Source of the DNA: Luminiphilus sp.
GTDB taxonomy: Bacteria > Pseudomonadota > Gammaproteobacteria > Pseudomonadales > Halieaceae
Assembly (NCBI GenBank): GCA_965655685.1
Contig: CBFHHL010000118.1
Location: 16,696 to 80,695 of the forward strand
Direction of reading: 5' to 3'
Length of the DNA stretch: 64,000 bases
Shown: one piece after another, positions 1 through 8,380 of the stretch
Position numbering within the stretch: position 1 is the stretch's first letter
How the letters are laid out: each line of letters begins with the position of its first letter
The notes under the pieces: generated by a model
The model's database searches: none
Told to the model about the DNA's origin: nothing
What the model saw: the letters and a program-made list of their open reading frames with translations, nothing else
Position numbers and translations under genes: made by a program

Positions 1-182
1 CTGATCAGGCGCGGCTGGCGCTTGGCATGGCGTATTTTAATCTTGGCGAGTTTAATTCGGCGCGCAAGGCGTTTCGTGAGGCGGCCAAGGACGAGCGTGC
101 GAAGAGTTTCGCTCAGCAGTGGCTCAAGTACATTAGCAGTGAAGAAAAGCGTATCAATGAGATTGCGAAAGAGCTTGGCTAA
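1..182 (+). CDS. 3' end of a TPR-like protein gene (5' part lies outside the window)
   Basis: Frame 3 is open from the window edge and reads ...DQARLALGMAYFNLGEFNSARKAFREAAKDERAKSFAQQWLKYISSEEKRINEIAKELG, with stop TAA at 180-182. The helix-pair pattern is TPR-like. A strong terminator follows. Confidence 0.5.
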   Translation, partial: DQARLALGMAYFNLGEFNSARKAFREAAKDERAKSFAQQWLKYISSEEKRINEIAKELG

Positions 183-200
183 GCCCCTTCTGGAGATACG

Positions 201-228
201 AAAAAGCCGCCCTTGGGCGGCTTTTTTT
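201..228. terminator. Bidirectional rho-independent terminator between convergent genes
   Basis: AAAAA-GCCGCCC-TT-GGGCGGC-TTTTTTT. The GC stem is perfect, with an A-run on one side and a T-run on the other. It sits between the stop at 182 (+) and the stop at 243 (-). Confidence 0.85.
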
Positions 229-242
229 GTGCGGGAAAAAAC

Positions 243-449
243 TTAGACCGGAACCACGTTCTCGGCTTGAGGTCCTTTTTGGCCAGCTGTGACCGTGAAC
301 TCAACCTTTTGACCATCAGCGAGTGTCTTAAAACCATCGCCTTGAATGGCACTAAAGTGAACGAACACGTCGGGTCCGCCTTCCTGCTCAATAAAACCGA
401 AACCTTTGGTTTCATTGAACCACTTAACGGTACCTGTAACTGTAGACAT
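243..449 (-). CDS. Cold-shock protein, CspA family
   Basis: 68 aa, [54 protein letters not shown]1 (KGFGFI) and RNP2 (VFVHF) motifs are present. AGGTAA Shine-Dalgarno lies upstream. Confidence 0.95.
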   Translation of the reverse strand: MSTVTGTVKWFNETKGFGFIEQEGGPDVFVHFSAIQGDGFKTLADGQKVEFTVTAGQKGPQAENVVPV

Positions 450-795
450 ACTATTTTACCTATAACTTAAAAAATGTTTTGCGCAATCGCACTTTTTCGC
501 AGAGATGGGTTGAGCAACAAATGCAACATCAACGCAACGTAAGCGAGTTGCCACTATAGGCCTAACGCCAACCGCAGTCTAATGAACATTTCATTGCGGT
601 GACAATTGAGCCAACATTTACCATATTGTGCCGATGTTGGTTTGTTGCGCAACTTCGCGGTTACGCTGAAAGCCATAGGTACTCTCGGGCCTCATAAAAG
701 ATCGATTGAACGTTGTCTTGCCCCGGCATCTCCTCTTCGCAAAAAAACGGAAAGCCTACTCAACCCGCGCGGGACTGGAGGCCGAAGAGCGAAAT

Positions 796-2253
796 CTAGC
801 TTACGGAGAGTAACTTGATGGAGTCGGTGCCGCCCGCTTGTCCGATGCGCGTTCCATTTGTCATAAGTATGAAATCCCCCTTTGAGACAAAGCCTGCGTC
901 GCCAAGGAACTCCATAGTACGGGCTTCAACATCACGGCTATCAAAGGCACTGACGTCAAAATATAAAGGGATGACGCCACGACAGAGCGCGAGTCGCTGA
1001 AGCGTCGAGGGGTTTCTACTTAAGGCGAAAATAGGCAGGCCGGAGCTTAATCTAGACATCAGCATTGGCGTGCTCCCCGTCTCGGTGTGGGAGGCGAGGC
1101 CCGCGACACCGGGAAAGTGATTTGCGCCATACATAGCAGACAATGCGATAGTCTCCTGTGGTGATCGAAACTCACGATCCTGCCGATAGCGAGACGTTCG
1201 GGCGACTGGATGGCGCTCCGCCCCCAAAGCGGCACTGGCCATGGCCCGCACCACCTCGACGGGGTATGCCCCTACAGCGGTTTCTGCCGAGAGCATGACT
1301 GCATCTGTACCGTCGAGTACGGCGTTAGCAACATCAAACACCTCAGCCCGGGTCGGCATCGAGTTTTCGATCATGGATTCCATCATCTGCGTTGCTGTAA
1401 TCACCATTCGGTCGCGTTTCCGCGTTCGCGAGATCAGGTCTTTTTGGATTCCGATCAACTGTGCGTCACCCACTTCAACGCCTAGATCACCGCGTGCCAC
1501 CATGACCCCCTCGCTGGCATCGATGATGTCGTCCAGTAGTGCACTCTCTGCAACGACCTCTGCACGTTCGATTTTCGCGATTATCGCAGCGTTGACGCCA
1601 ACATCGCTCAGCAGGCTTCTTGCCTCGTCGATATCACTTACTGAGGCAACAAACGAAACCGCTACGAAGTCAGGCTGGATAGCTTCCATGCTTTTGATGT
1701 CAGCCTTGTCCTTATCCGTGAGTGCTGGAGCAGCGATACCACCCCCTAGTTTGTTGACGCCCTTCCGCGAGCTCAGTTTTCCACCTACTACAACGGTGCA
1801 GCTTACGGTCGTATCAGAGACGCTATCGACTCGCAGTCGCATTTTCCCGTCGTCCAAGAGAAGGATGTCATCAACTTTCAAACTCTTGGGCAGGTCTCGG
1901 TACTCTATGCCTACACACGAGCTGTCACCATCATCAGCGCCCTTGGCGAGACTCAGGTCAAACGCATCGCCTGCAGTCAGTTCCACAGAGCCTCCGCGGA
2001 AGCCTGCAATCCGAATCTTTGGGCCTTGTAAGTCCGCTAACACGCCAACGTAACGATTTTGATAACGAGCTTGCTTGCGAATACGATCGGCTACACGTTG
2101 GTGGTGTTCTGCAGAGCCGTGGCTGAAATTCAGTCTGAAGACATCGACCCCAGCCGCAATCAGTCTACCGATCATGTCCTCACTGTCACTGCCAGGCCCA
2201 ATTGTTGCGACGATTTTTGTTCTGCGATGCACACGAGCAGCTTTTTGTGGCAC
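796..2253 (-). CDS. pykA: Pyruvate kinase (PykA-type)
   Basis: 485 aa. RRTKIVATIGPGS, MNFSHG-like LNFSHGS, GDLQGPKIR, MVARGDLGVE and ITATQMMESM...PTRAEV.DVANAVLDGTDAVMLSAETA are collinear with E. coli PykA as I recall it. Confidence 0.9.
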   Translation of the reverse strand: MPQKAARVHRRTKIVATIGPGSDSEDMIGRLIAAGVDVFRLNFSHGSAEHHQRVADRIRKQARYQNRYVGVLADLQGPKIRIAGFRGGSVELTAGDAFDLSLAKGADDGDSSCVGIEYRDLPKSLKVDDILLLDDGKMRLRVDSVSDTTVSCTVVVGGKLSSRKGVNKLGGGIAAPALTDKDKADIKSMEAIQPDFVAVSFVASVSDIDEARSLLSDVGVNAAIIAKIERAEVVAESALLDDIIDASEGVMVARGDLGVEVGDAQLIGIQKDLISRTRKRDRMVITATQMMESMIENSMPTRAEVFDVANAVLDGTDAVMLSAETAVGAYPVEVVRAMASAALGAERHPVARTSRYRQDREFRSPQETIALSAMYGANHFPGVAGLASHTETGSTPMLMSRLSSGLPIFALSRNPSTLQRLALCRGVIPLYFDVSAFDSRDVEARTMEFLGDAGFVSKGDFILMTNGTRIGQAGGTDSIKLLSVS

Positions 2254-2255
2254 GG

Positions 2256-3206
2256 TTAGTAGATCTCCAGCTTTTGAATTAGTTCACGTGTTTTATCTGA
2301 GAAGTCCGTGAATGCCCCATCGACCCGAAGATCGACAAATACCTTCTTATGTAATTGTTCGAAGTTTACACCGTCTAGACTTGGGGAATCTGCCCGAAGA
2401 GTGAAGGGGTGCAAAAAAAGCCCTAAGTTTTTTGCTGTGGTGACCATCTCGCTGGGGCCACCTTCTTCATCAAACAGTAACGGAACGTGGGGGCCTATAC
2501 CGTCCGCATATGTGGCGATCTCTTCGATTCCTTCTTCGGTCTGCATGCGATCAAAATCGCCCCTTATATCTGAGGGCATTTCCTCACAGATCAGCTGAAC
2601 TAGCGTACTGGAGAACTCATCGTGTGACTTGAAGCGCTTTAGTGTCTCTGGATCAAAACACTGGATAACCGTGCATAACGGGTCGTTAAGACGATCGAAC
2701 TGTTCTAGAACCCGAAAGACTGCGGCGAAAAGGTCGGCACCGATGCGCTCGTGATACTCGGGTTGCTTCAGTTCGATATAGACGCCCGCCGTATGATCAC
2801 CTTTCGCGTTTAAGTTATCGATCAACGCCAATTCTTCGGCGAGCGTAGGGACCTCGAAACCATCAAACGGACCGGCATGTCTGCCCGGAAATACTCGATT
2901 TCCCTCTTCGTCTGTGCGCTCGTGTGCAGTGAGCGTTTTTATTTCTGTGAGTGAGAAGTCGCTACAGTAAAACTTCCCATCACTGCGTTGGCGCTCCGGA
3001 TACAGAGCAGACACGTTGGTGGTAAGTTCGAGCGTAATATCGTGCAGAACCACCGGTATTCCGTCTTTGGTGAGCACAACATCTTGCTCAATAAAATGCG
3101 CACCCTGTTGGTGAGCGAGCTCTACACCCTGAAGCGTATGCTCGGGTAGATAACCGCATGCTCCCCTGTGTGCAATGATCGTAGGTCTTGCGTGTAGTGG
3201 TGCCAT
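2256..3206 (-). CDS. Glycerophosphodiester phosphodiesterase (GlpQ/UgpQ family), no signal peptide
   Basis: 316 aa. IIAHRGACGYLPEHTL and IEQDVVLTKDGIPVVLHD are GDPD-domain signatures. It ends 2 bp upstream of the pykA start, same strand. Confidence 0.85.
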   Translation of the reverse strand: MAPLHARPTIIAHRGACGYLPEHTLQGVELAHQQGAHFIEQDVVLTKDGIPVVLHDITLELTTNVSALYPERQRSDGKFYCSDFSLTEIKTLTAHERTDEEGNRVFPGRHAGPFDGFEVPTLAEELALIDNLNAKGDHTAGVYIELKQPEYHERIGADLFAAVFRVLEQFDRLNDPLCTVIQCFDPETLKRFKSHDEFSSTLVQLICEEMPSDIRGDFDRMQTEEGIEEIATYADGIGPHVPLLFDEEGGPSEMVTTAKNLGLFLHPFTLRADSPSLDGVNFEQLHKKVFVDLRVDGAFTDFSDKTRELIQKLEIY

Positions 3207-3343
3207 TGCGCCCCCTTGAGACGTTATTTTTTATATTCGTGTAATGGATTCTCTCAGAATCATAGAATTTTGTTCTTCAAAAACACTCAGTCTGCAATAC
3301 TGCTCTCCTCAAAGCGTCTGTTTATTCACAGGATATTTACGCG

Positions 3344-3685
3344 GTGATGACCAACGACAAAAAACGAGCGCCCAATCCTCCTCTGGGTTACTCCAGAGAG
3401 TGTTTGCTTACTGAAGCAAAGCAGATCCGTCTTGTCGCGGAGTTCCATGCCAACCGCATTCGACCTAGCCGAATTGCTTATCGGTTAGGAATCGATATTG
3501 CTCTGATCGAAGCGCTGCTCGTTGGCGAATATCAACCGAAGTTCTTCGCTGAGCAGCTAGCTTCAGCACAAAAGCGGCGTCGAGATTTGCGACTGAAATC
3601 ATCTAATAAGCTGCGTGGGCAGGCGGCGTACGAGGCGCGTAAGAATGCCGAGCGAGATTTTGAGGCCGCACAGTCTCAGCCATAG
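3344..3685 (+). CDS. Hypothetical protein with basic C-terminus and possible small HTH
   Basis: 113-aa ORF with GTG at 3344 or ATG at 3347 and a GGA about 10-13 nt upstream. I recognise no family. The segment IRPSRIAYRLGIDIALIEALL is helix-turn-helix-like. Confidence 0.4.
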   Translation: MMTNDKKRAPNPPLGYSRECLLTEAKQIRLVAEFHANRIRPSRIAYRLGIDIALIEALLVGEYQPKFFAEQLASAQKRRRDLRLKSSNKLRGQAAYEARKNAERDFEAAQSQP

Positions 3686-3740
3686 CCTCCGGACTTATTA
3701 ATTCACGATAAAAGCTAAAAAAATAACTAAGGGGAAGCCT

Positions 3741-4124
3741 ATGAGAGGATTGGAACGCTGGCACCATGTCATGGAGCGAGGCGACATGACTGCCCTATTC
3801 GATCTTTTACATCCGGACTGTGTTTTCATCTCGCCCGTCGTGCACACACCACAAGAGGGTCGAGACATTACTTACGCTTATTTACGGGCAGCGAACAAAG
3901 CGCTTTCTGAGGACTTTCGGTACGTGCGCGAGGTTGTACAGGACAACCATGCGGTTTTAGAATTCACAGTAATGGTAGACGGCATATTCGTTAATGGCGT
4001 CGACATAATCGCGTTTGAAAATGACCAGATCATTGAATTTAAAGTGATGGTTCGCCCGCTTAAGGCTGTGAATGCCGTTTGGAAGCAAATGGGCGAGATG
4101 CTCGAGCGCCAAAAAGACGATTAA
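3741..4124 (+). CDS. SnoaL-like / NTF2-fold family protein
   Basis: 127 aa. GGGGAAG Shine-Dalgarno lies before the ATG. The pattern W..V...D...L..LLHPDCVF.SP......G is typical of SnoaL_2-type small proteins. Confidence 0.55.
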   Translation: MRGLERWHHVMERGDMTALFDLLHPDCVFISPVVHTPQEGRDITYAYLRAANKALSEDFRYVREVVQDNHAVLEFTVMVDGIFVNGVDIIAFENDQIIEFKVMVRPLKAVNAVWKQMGEMLERQKDD

Positions 4125-4145
4125 CTAGGCGTTGCGTAAATCAAT

Positions 4146-4179
4146 CAAAAAGGGGTTACTGCGAAATTGCCGCAGTAAC
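4146..4179 (-). terminator. Rho-independent terminator downstream of the His-rich TonB-dependent receptor gene; may also stop the + strand gene
   Basis: 10-bp perfect stem GGTTACTGCG / CGCAGTAACC (4153-4162 / 4170-4179) with a 7-nt loop. On the minus strand the stem is followed by CCCCTTTTTG. Confidence 0.7.
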
Positions 4180-4247
4180 CCAACCCCTTAACCCTGCTAG
4201 CGCCCGTAGGGCGCGTTAATAACAGCAAGGGCCCTGTCGTTATGTCT

Positions 4248-6491
4248 TTAAAACGACAGCCGCGCCTTAATGCCAATGTTACGGCCAGCGAGTGGTATCT
4301 CATTCTTCACGAATGACGTATGGTTTCGAGCAATCTCGTCGGTGAGGTTCCTTCCGTAAGCGCTTATCATGAGGGCGGCTCGCTCGCCTAGTGCAACGTT
4401 ATGCGATAAGCGCGCATTTACCAAAGTAAACCCATCCGTTGCTGTTTCGAAATCTGCCACCGCGTTCTGGCGCTCAATGTCTTGAATTTCGAGCGAGGCG
4501 TTTGTCATGCCAAGGGTGTAGTCAAATGCCAGCACGTTTCTCGCTGGGGTGATACGTGGGACATCACCACCACCGGAGAATTCGGCATTTACGTCGTCAC
4601 GTTGTAAACGGACCTCGAGTTCGCCACTGGCTAGTGCAAAGCGACGACCAAGTTCGATTTCATAACCGATAAAAGTCGCATCATTCTGCACGTAGCTCGC
4701 CATCAAAAGACCCTCGTGATCATGCTCATCGTGGCCCTCTTCATGCCCCTCTTCTTCATGGTCATGATCGTCATCCATCTCGTCTTGAAGATAGATGTAG
4801 TTATCAACCCGGTTACGGTAGACCGAGACGTTGGCAAACCAATCGTCGGCAGCATAGCTCAGGCCGAGGTCGATGTTGTTAGACCGTTCGCTATCAAGGT
4901 TGGCATCACCGAGCTCGTATCGTGCGACCGCAAGGTGTTCACCGTTCATGAATAGCTCCATTGTTGATGGGGCACGATTAACTACACCGAGATTGAGTGA
5001 TGCGTTGAGCGAGTCGCTGAGTTGACGACCAATAGTCACAGCGGCACTCGCTGATTGATCACTGTATGTAAAGGGTTCTAGCTCAAACTCCTCGCTATCG
5101 TGCTCGTCGTGATCTTCACCTTCTTCGTGCTCACCTTCATGAAGCATTTCACGAATAGTTCCGTCACGTTCGATATCGTCCCATCGGGCACCGACATCGA
5201 TATCAAAATCACCGGCGTTGAAACCAGCAAAGAACCCGATGGTCGTCTCTGTCGAATCCACAGGCTCCATGAACGCTTCTTCACCTAGCACGGCGATCTC
5301 TTCGCTGACTTGATTGACAACGACTCTTCTAGGTTCCTCGTTCGTACCTAGCTCAAAAACTAACTGGATTTCAGTGGATTCGTTGCTGAAAAACGTGGGC
5401 TCTTCAGAATGACCATGCCCTTCGTGGTCCCCGTCGTCATGTGCCTCGCCTTCGTGCTCTTCACCCTCAGCGTGATTTTCACTTAGTAGGTAATCGGTAT
5501 CCCGTACGCTAAATCGAACGTTCTTAAGCAGATCGCCATTCAGATTAAGCTGGCCTTCGAATGTGAGGATTTCAGAATCTGTCTGCGAGAAAATACGTTC
5601 TTCGCCATGTTCCTCGTGCGCCTCACCCTCGTCTTCATGCTCCTCGCCTTCGTGGTCTTCTTCATGTTCACCATGAAATGGAATGCCATAGGTAGAGCTG
5701 AGCTCCTGATAGGAGGCACCGAAGTAACCCCAGTCACCTGTTCCAGAGATGCCGAACCGGTGTGCCTCGGTTTCGTAATCTGAATTAGCAAGCGTGGTCA
5801 TGTCTTCATCATGCTCTTCATGATGATCATCATCATGCTCTTCCTCGTGCTCCTCGTGGTGTTCCTCCTCATGAAGGATTGCACCGCGTGGAATGTCGTA
5901 GCTATCTGCGTCAAACTCGCTGTAGTCGTAGCTGATATTAAAGCCTCCGGCATTGCCTCTCGCACCTGCGCTGAAACCACTCCCATCGTTTACCGACTGT
6001 GATTCGACCCCAACATAAGCCGAGGCTTCTTCAACATCACTGCGCGCAATGGTGTTGTCGACGATATTGATGATGCCACCGCTCGCACCATTGCTGTAAA
6101 GAAGCGAAGATGCACCTCTTACAACCTCAATTTGCTGAACATTATTCAAATCAACATCGTTTGCGTGGTCAGGACCGATACCAGAGGCGTCGCGGATTAC
6201 CAAGCCGTTTTGCAAAAGTTTGACTCGATTGCCCGACATACCTCGTATGACAGGCTGACCCACGGCAGGGCCAAAGTTGTTTGACGAAACACCGGCAAGC
6301 GTACTGAGGTGCTCACCGATGGCTTGTGAGCCGGATTCGGTAATAGCTTCACCTGAGACGACAAAGGCTGTTGCCGTCAGGCTACTGTGTACAAGTGAGG
6401 AAGTGACCACCACTTCCTCGATAGATTCGTCTTGCGCAAGGGCAAGAGGGGCAATGGCAACGGCCACTGCAAGTGCAGAAAAGCGTATCAT
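4248..6491 (-). CDS. TonB-dependent receptor with five His/Glu/Asp-rich insertions (ZnuD-like metal receptor candidate)
   Basis: 747 aa. Signal peptide ...APLALA/QDE, TonB-box-like EEVVVTS, plug motifs VIRGMSGNRVKLLQNGL and GPDHAND, and C-terminal ...GIKARLSF. The low-complexity H/E/D/G tracts are aa 207-230, 273-298, 340-364, 451-468 and 571-593. Confidence 0.9.
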   Translation of the reverse strand: MIRFSALAVAVAIAPLALAQDESIEEVVVTSSLVHSSLTATAFVVSGEAITESGSQAIGEHLSTLAGVSSNNFGPAVGQPVIRGMSGNRVKLLQNGLVIRDASGIGPDHANDVDLNNVQQIEVVRGASSLLYSNGASGGIINIVDNTIARSDVEEASAYVGVESQSVNDGSGFSAGARGNAGGFNISYDYSEFDADSYDIPRGAILHEEEHHEEHEEEHDDDHHEEHDEDMTTLANSDYETEAHRFGISGTGDWGYFGASYQELSSTYGIPFHGEHEEDHEGEEHEDEGEAHEEHGEERIFSQTDSEILTFEGQLNLNGDLLKNVRFSVRDTDYLLSENHAEGEEHEGEAHDDGDHEGHGHSEEPTFFSNESTEIQLVFELGTNEEPRRVVVNQVSEEIAVLGEEAFMEPVDSTETTIGFFAGFNAGDFDIDVGARWDDIERDGTIREMLHEGEHEEGEDHDEHDSEEFELEPFTYSDQSASAAVTIGRQLSDSLNASLNLGVVNRAPSTMELFMNGEHLAVARYELGDANLDSERSNNIDLGLSYAADDWFANVSVYRNRVDNYIYLQDEMDDDHDHEEEGHEEGHDEHDHEGLLMASYVQNDATFIGYEIELGRRFALASGELEVRLQRDDVNAEFSGGGDVPRITPARNVLAFDYTLGMTNASLEIQDIERQNAVADFETATDGFTLVNARLSHNVALGERAALMISAYGRNLTDEIARNHTSFVKNEIPLAGRNIGIKARLSF

Positions 6492-6532
6492 TGGATTACT
6501 CCTAAGTTTTAAGGTCAGAAATTTGTTTTGAC

Positions 6533-6799
6533 TTAAAACTTAGGCGGAGCACGACTCCGGTAATGTCCAAATGTGTTGGGGCGCAATCCTTGCGCTGAGC
6601 TGGGGAACGGGGCTACTTGTGTAGAAAAGCAATACTCAAAGTCGTTCTCTTCTGCTTCGCTAGACTGGAGATGACAGCTCTGGCAATCGACGAGTTCCTG
6701 ACCAATCTCGGGCGCATAATCGTGGGTGGCTCCGTGCGCAGCCGTACCCACCACCAAAAAGGTAGCGATAAGTGCTGACAACAAGAATCTAAATTTCAC
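6533..6799 (-). CDS. Small secreted Cys/His protein (CxxCH motif), family not recognised
   Basis: 88 aa. N-terminal signal peptide MKFRFLLSALIATFLVVGTAAHG and motif VDCQSCHLQ. It lies 41 bp upstream of, and co-oriented with, the His-rich receptor. Confidence 0.5.
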   Translation of the reverse strand: MKFRFLLSALIATFLVVGTAAHGATHDYAPEIGQELVDCQSCHLQSSEAEENDFEYCFSTQVAPFPSSAQGLRPNTFGHYRSRAPPKF

Positions 6800-7179
6800 G
6801 AAGGCGTTACCCGTCCATGTGATGCGAGCCTAATGTTAGTGTAAATCTATCTGAACGCAATAGACCTGACGAGAGAAAAGCTCGTCACGCCTAATGACTT
6901 CGAGCACCAAGTCATTGCATTTAATTGCCAATCCGAGGCTTTGAATTACAATGAGTCCGCCGCAGTGTTAGCAGCGCTTACGCTCTTTGATCATTCGGCC
7001 TTACTGCAAGACCCGCGCGTCGTTGAAGCGCGTTACAAGGCGTTTTGCGCTCAGCGTTTTAAGCGGAGGTCCTATCCACTCGTTCGATCAAATAGCCCGA
7101 TTGAGTCATACGTCTGAAAAAATAGATCCTAAGATTTGGCGCACTCAAAACCCGCTGCCTTCAAGGGAGCGCGTCTCGT

Positions 7180-8379
7180 ATGCCAGCGAGTAATTCCGCG
7201 CGTCACAGCCCTCTTATCTGGTTTGTTTTCCTGGTCATCGTGATCGACCTCGTAGGTTTTGGATTGGTTATACCTCTTCTCCCTTTCATGGCGCCATCTT
7301 TGGGTGGTGACGCATCCGACGTCGCATTTATCATGATCACCTATGCAGTAGGAGCGGCGGTTATTGCGCCGCTATGGGGTCGTTTGTCCGACCGAGCTGG
7401 CCGAAGATTCGCTTTGGTACTTGCACTTCTAGCGAGTTCCGCCGCCTACGTCGTGACCGCACTGTCAGATACGCTTTTTCAGATTTATCTAGGGCGCGCC
7501 TTTTCTGGGTTGGCTGCCGGTAGTTTGCCTGTTGCAACGGCGCTGATGGCTGACCTTAGCCCTCCTGAGAGGCGAGCAAAGGCAATGGGCTTGGTGGGTA
7601 CGGCTTTCGGCTTGGGCTTGATCGCAGGCCCTGTCCTCGCAGGCCTATTGACTGGTGATTCAGAAAGCTTTGCGTTGCCGTTCTATACGGCGGCTGCGAT
7701 GTCGATGATCGCGGCCATTTGTGCCTTTTGGCTATTGCCGTCCCAGATGGTTAAACCCAGTGGTGTGAATGTTGGTGAATTTCAGGCTGAACCACCACCC
7801 TCAGTACTGACGCCCCGAAAGAATAAGCTGTTACTCATGCAGTACGTCACTCACACTTGCTCAGTAAGTTCAATTATCTACTTGTTCCCACTCTGGGTGG
7901 CCGATTCCTATCAGTGGGGTCCCTCCGACGTTGGCTATTTCTTTGGTGTCGTGGGAGTGTCGATGATTACGCTGCAAGGGGGGTTGCTTGCCACTCTGAG
8001 TCGGGTCTTTGGCCATTTAAATGTGCTTCGAGTTGGTGCTATTGTTTTTGCACTGTCGTTATTTGTGGTGGCACTCGGCGATGCTACCTTGTGGATGCCG
8101 GCGATGATTTTCCTCGCCTTCTCGGGCTCCACAGTCTGTCTGCCGTTACTAAACGCTATCGCATCTGAGATCGTGCAACCTGGCCATCGCGGCAGGATGA
8201 TGGGCCTGACGGCGTCAGCATCATCTGCGGGAAGAATTATCGGTCCGCTCTTTGCTGCATGGCTTCTCTCTTCTCGGGGTTTTGGTACTGCATGGTTTGG
8301 TAGTGGGATGATGGTGCTATTTTTGGTGGTTTGGTCATTCACCGCTGCGCGCGAATTTAAGCGATTGGAGTTGAGTTGA
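7180..8379 (+). CDS. MFS transporter (12-TM, drug:H+ antiporter-like)
   Basis: 399 aa. It has an MFS motif-A-like G.LSDR.GRR (WGRLSDRAGRRF) after TM2 and hydrophobic periodicity throughout. Confidence 0.85.
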   Translation: MPASNSARHSPLIWFVFLVIVIDLVGFGLVIPLLPFMAPSLGGDASDVAFIMITYAVGAAVIAPLWGRLSDRAGRRFALVLALLASSAAYVVTALSDTLFQIYLGRAFSGLAAGSLPVATALMADLSPPERRAKAMGLVGTAFGLGLIAGPVLAGLLTGDSESFALPFYTAAAMSMIAAICAFWLLPSQMVKPSGVNVGEFQAEPPPSVLTPRKNKLLLMQYVTHTCSVSSIIYLFPLWVADSYQWGPSDVGYFFGVVGVSMITLQGGLLATLSRVFGHLNVLRVGAIVFALSLFVVALGDATLWMPAMIFLAFSGSTVCLPLLNAIASEIVQPGHRGRMMGLTASASSAGRIIGPLFAAWLLSSRGFGTAWFGSGMMVLFLVVWSFTAAREFKRLELS

Positions 8380-8380
8380 T

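Noticed and set aside
1241-2053. Long antisense or overlapping ORFs inside well-supported genes. Examples are 1241-2053 (+) within pykA, 7935-8342 (-) within the MFS gene, 48028-48588 (-) within the M14/aminoacylase gene and 49805-50158 (-) within the TonB-dependent receptor.
   Set aside because: They lie opposite CDS with clear family motifs. Their translations are Ala/Ser/Arg/Thr-rich and low-complexity, typical of shadow ORFs in GC-rich DNA. They lack ribosome-binding sites and recognisable domains.
6533-6799. Calling the 88-aa CQSCH protein a c-type cytochrome.
   Set aside because: A single CxxCH in a short secreted protein is suggestive. However, there is no downstream Met ligand, no recognisable cytochrome fold motif, and the context is metal uptake rather than respiration. 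It is left as an uncharacterised Cys/His protein.
6831-6847. Zur-box-like half site TAATGTTAGTGTAAATC upstream of the His-rich receptor operon.
   Set aside because: It contains a TGTTA half-element but no matching inverted half (TAACA) at the right spacing, so it is not a credible Zur palindrome by eye.
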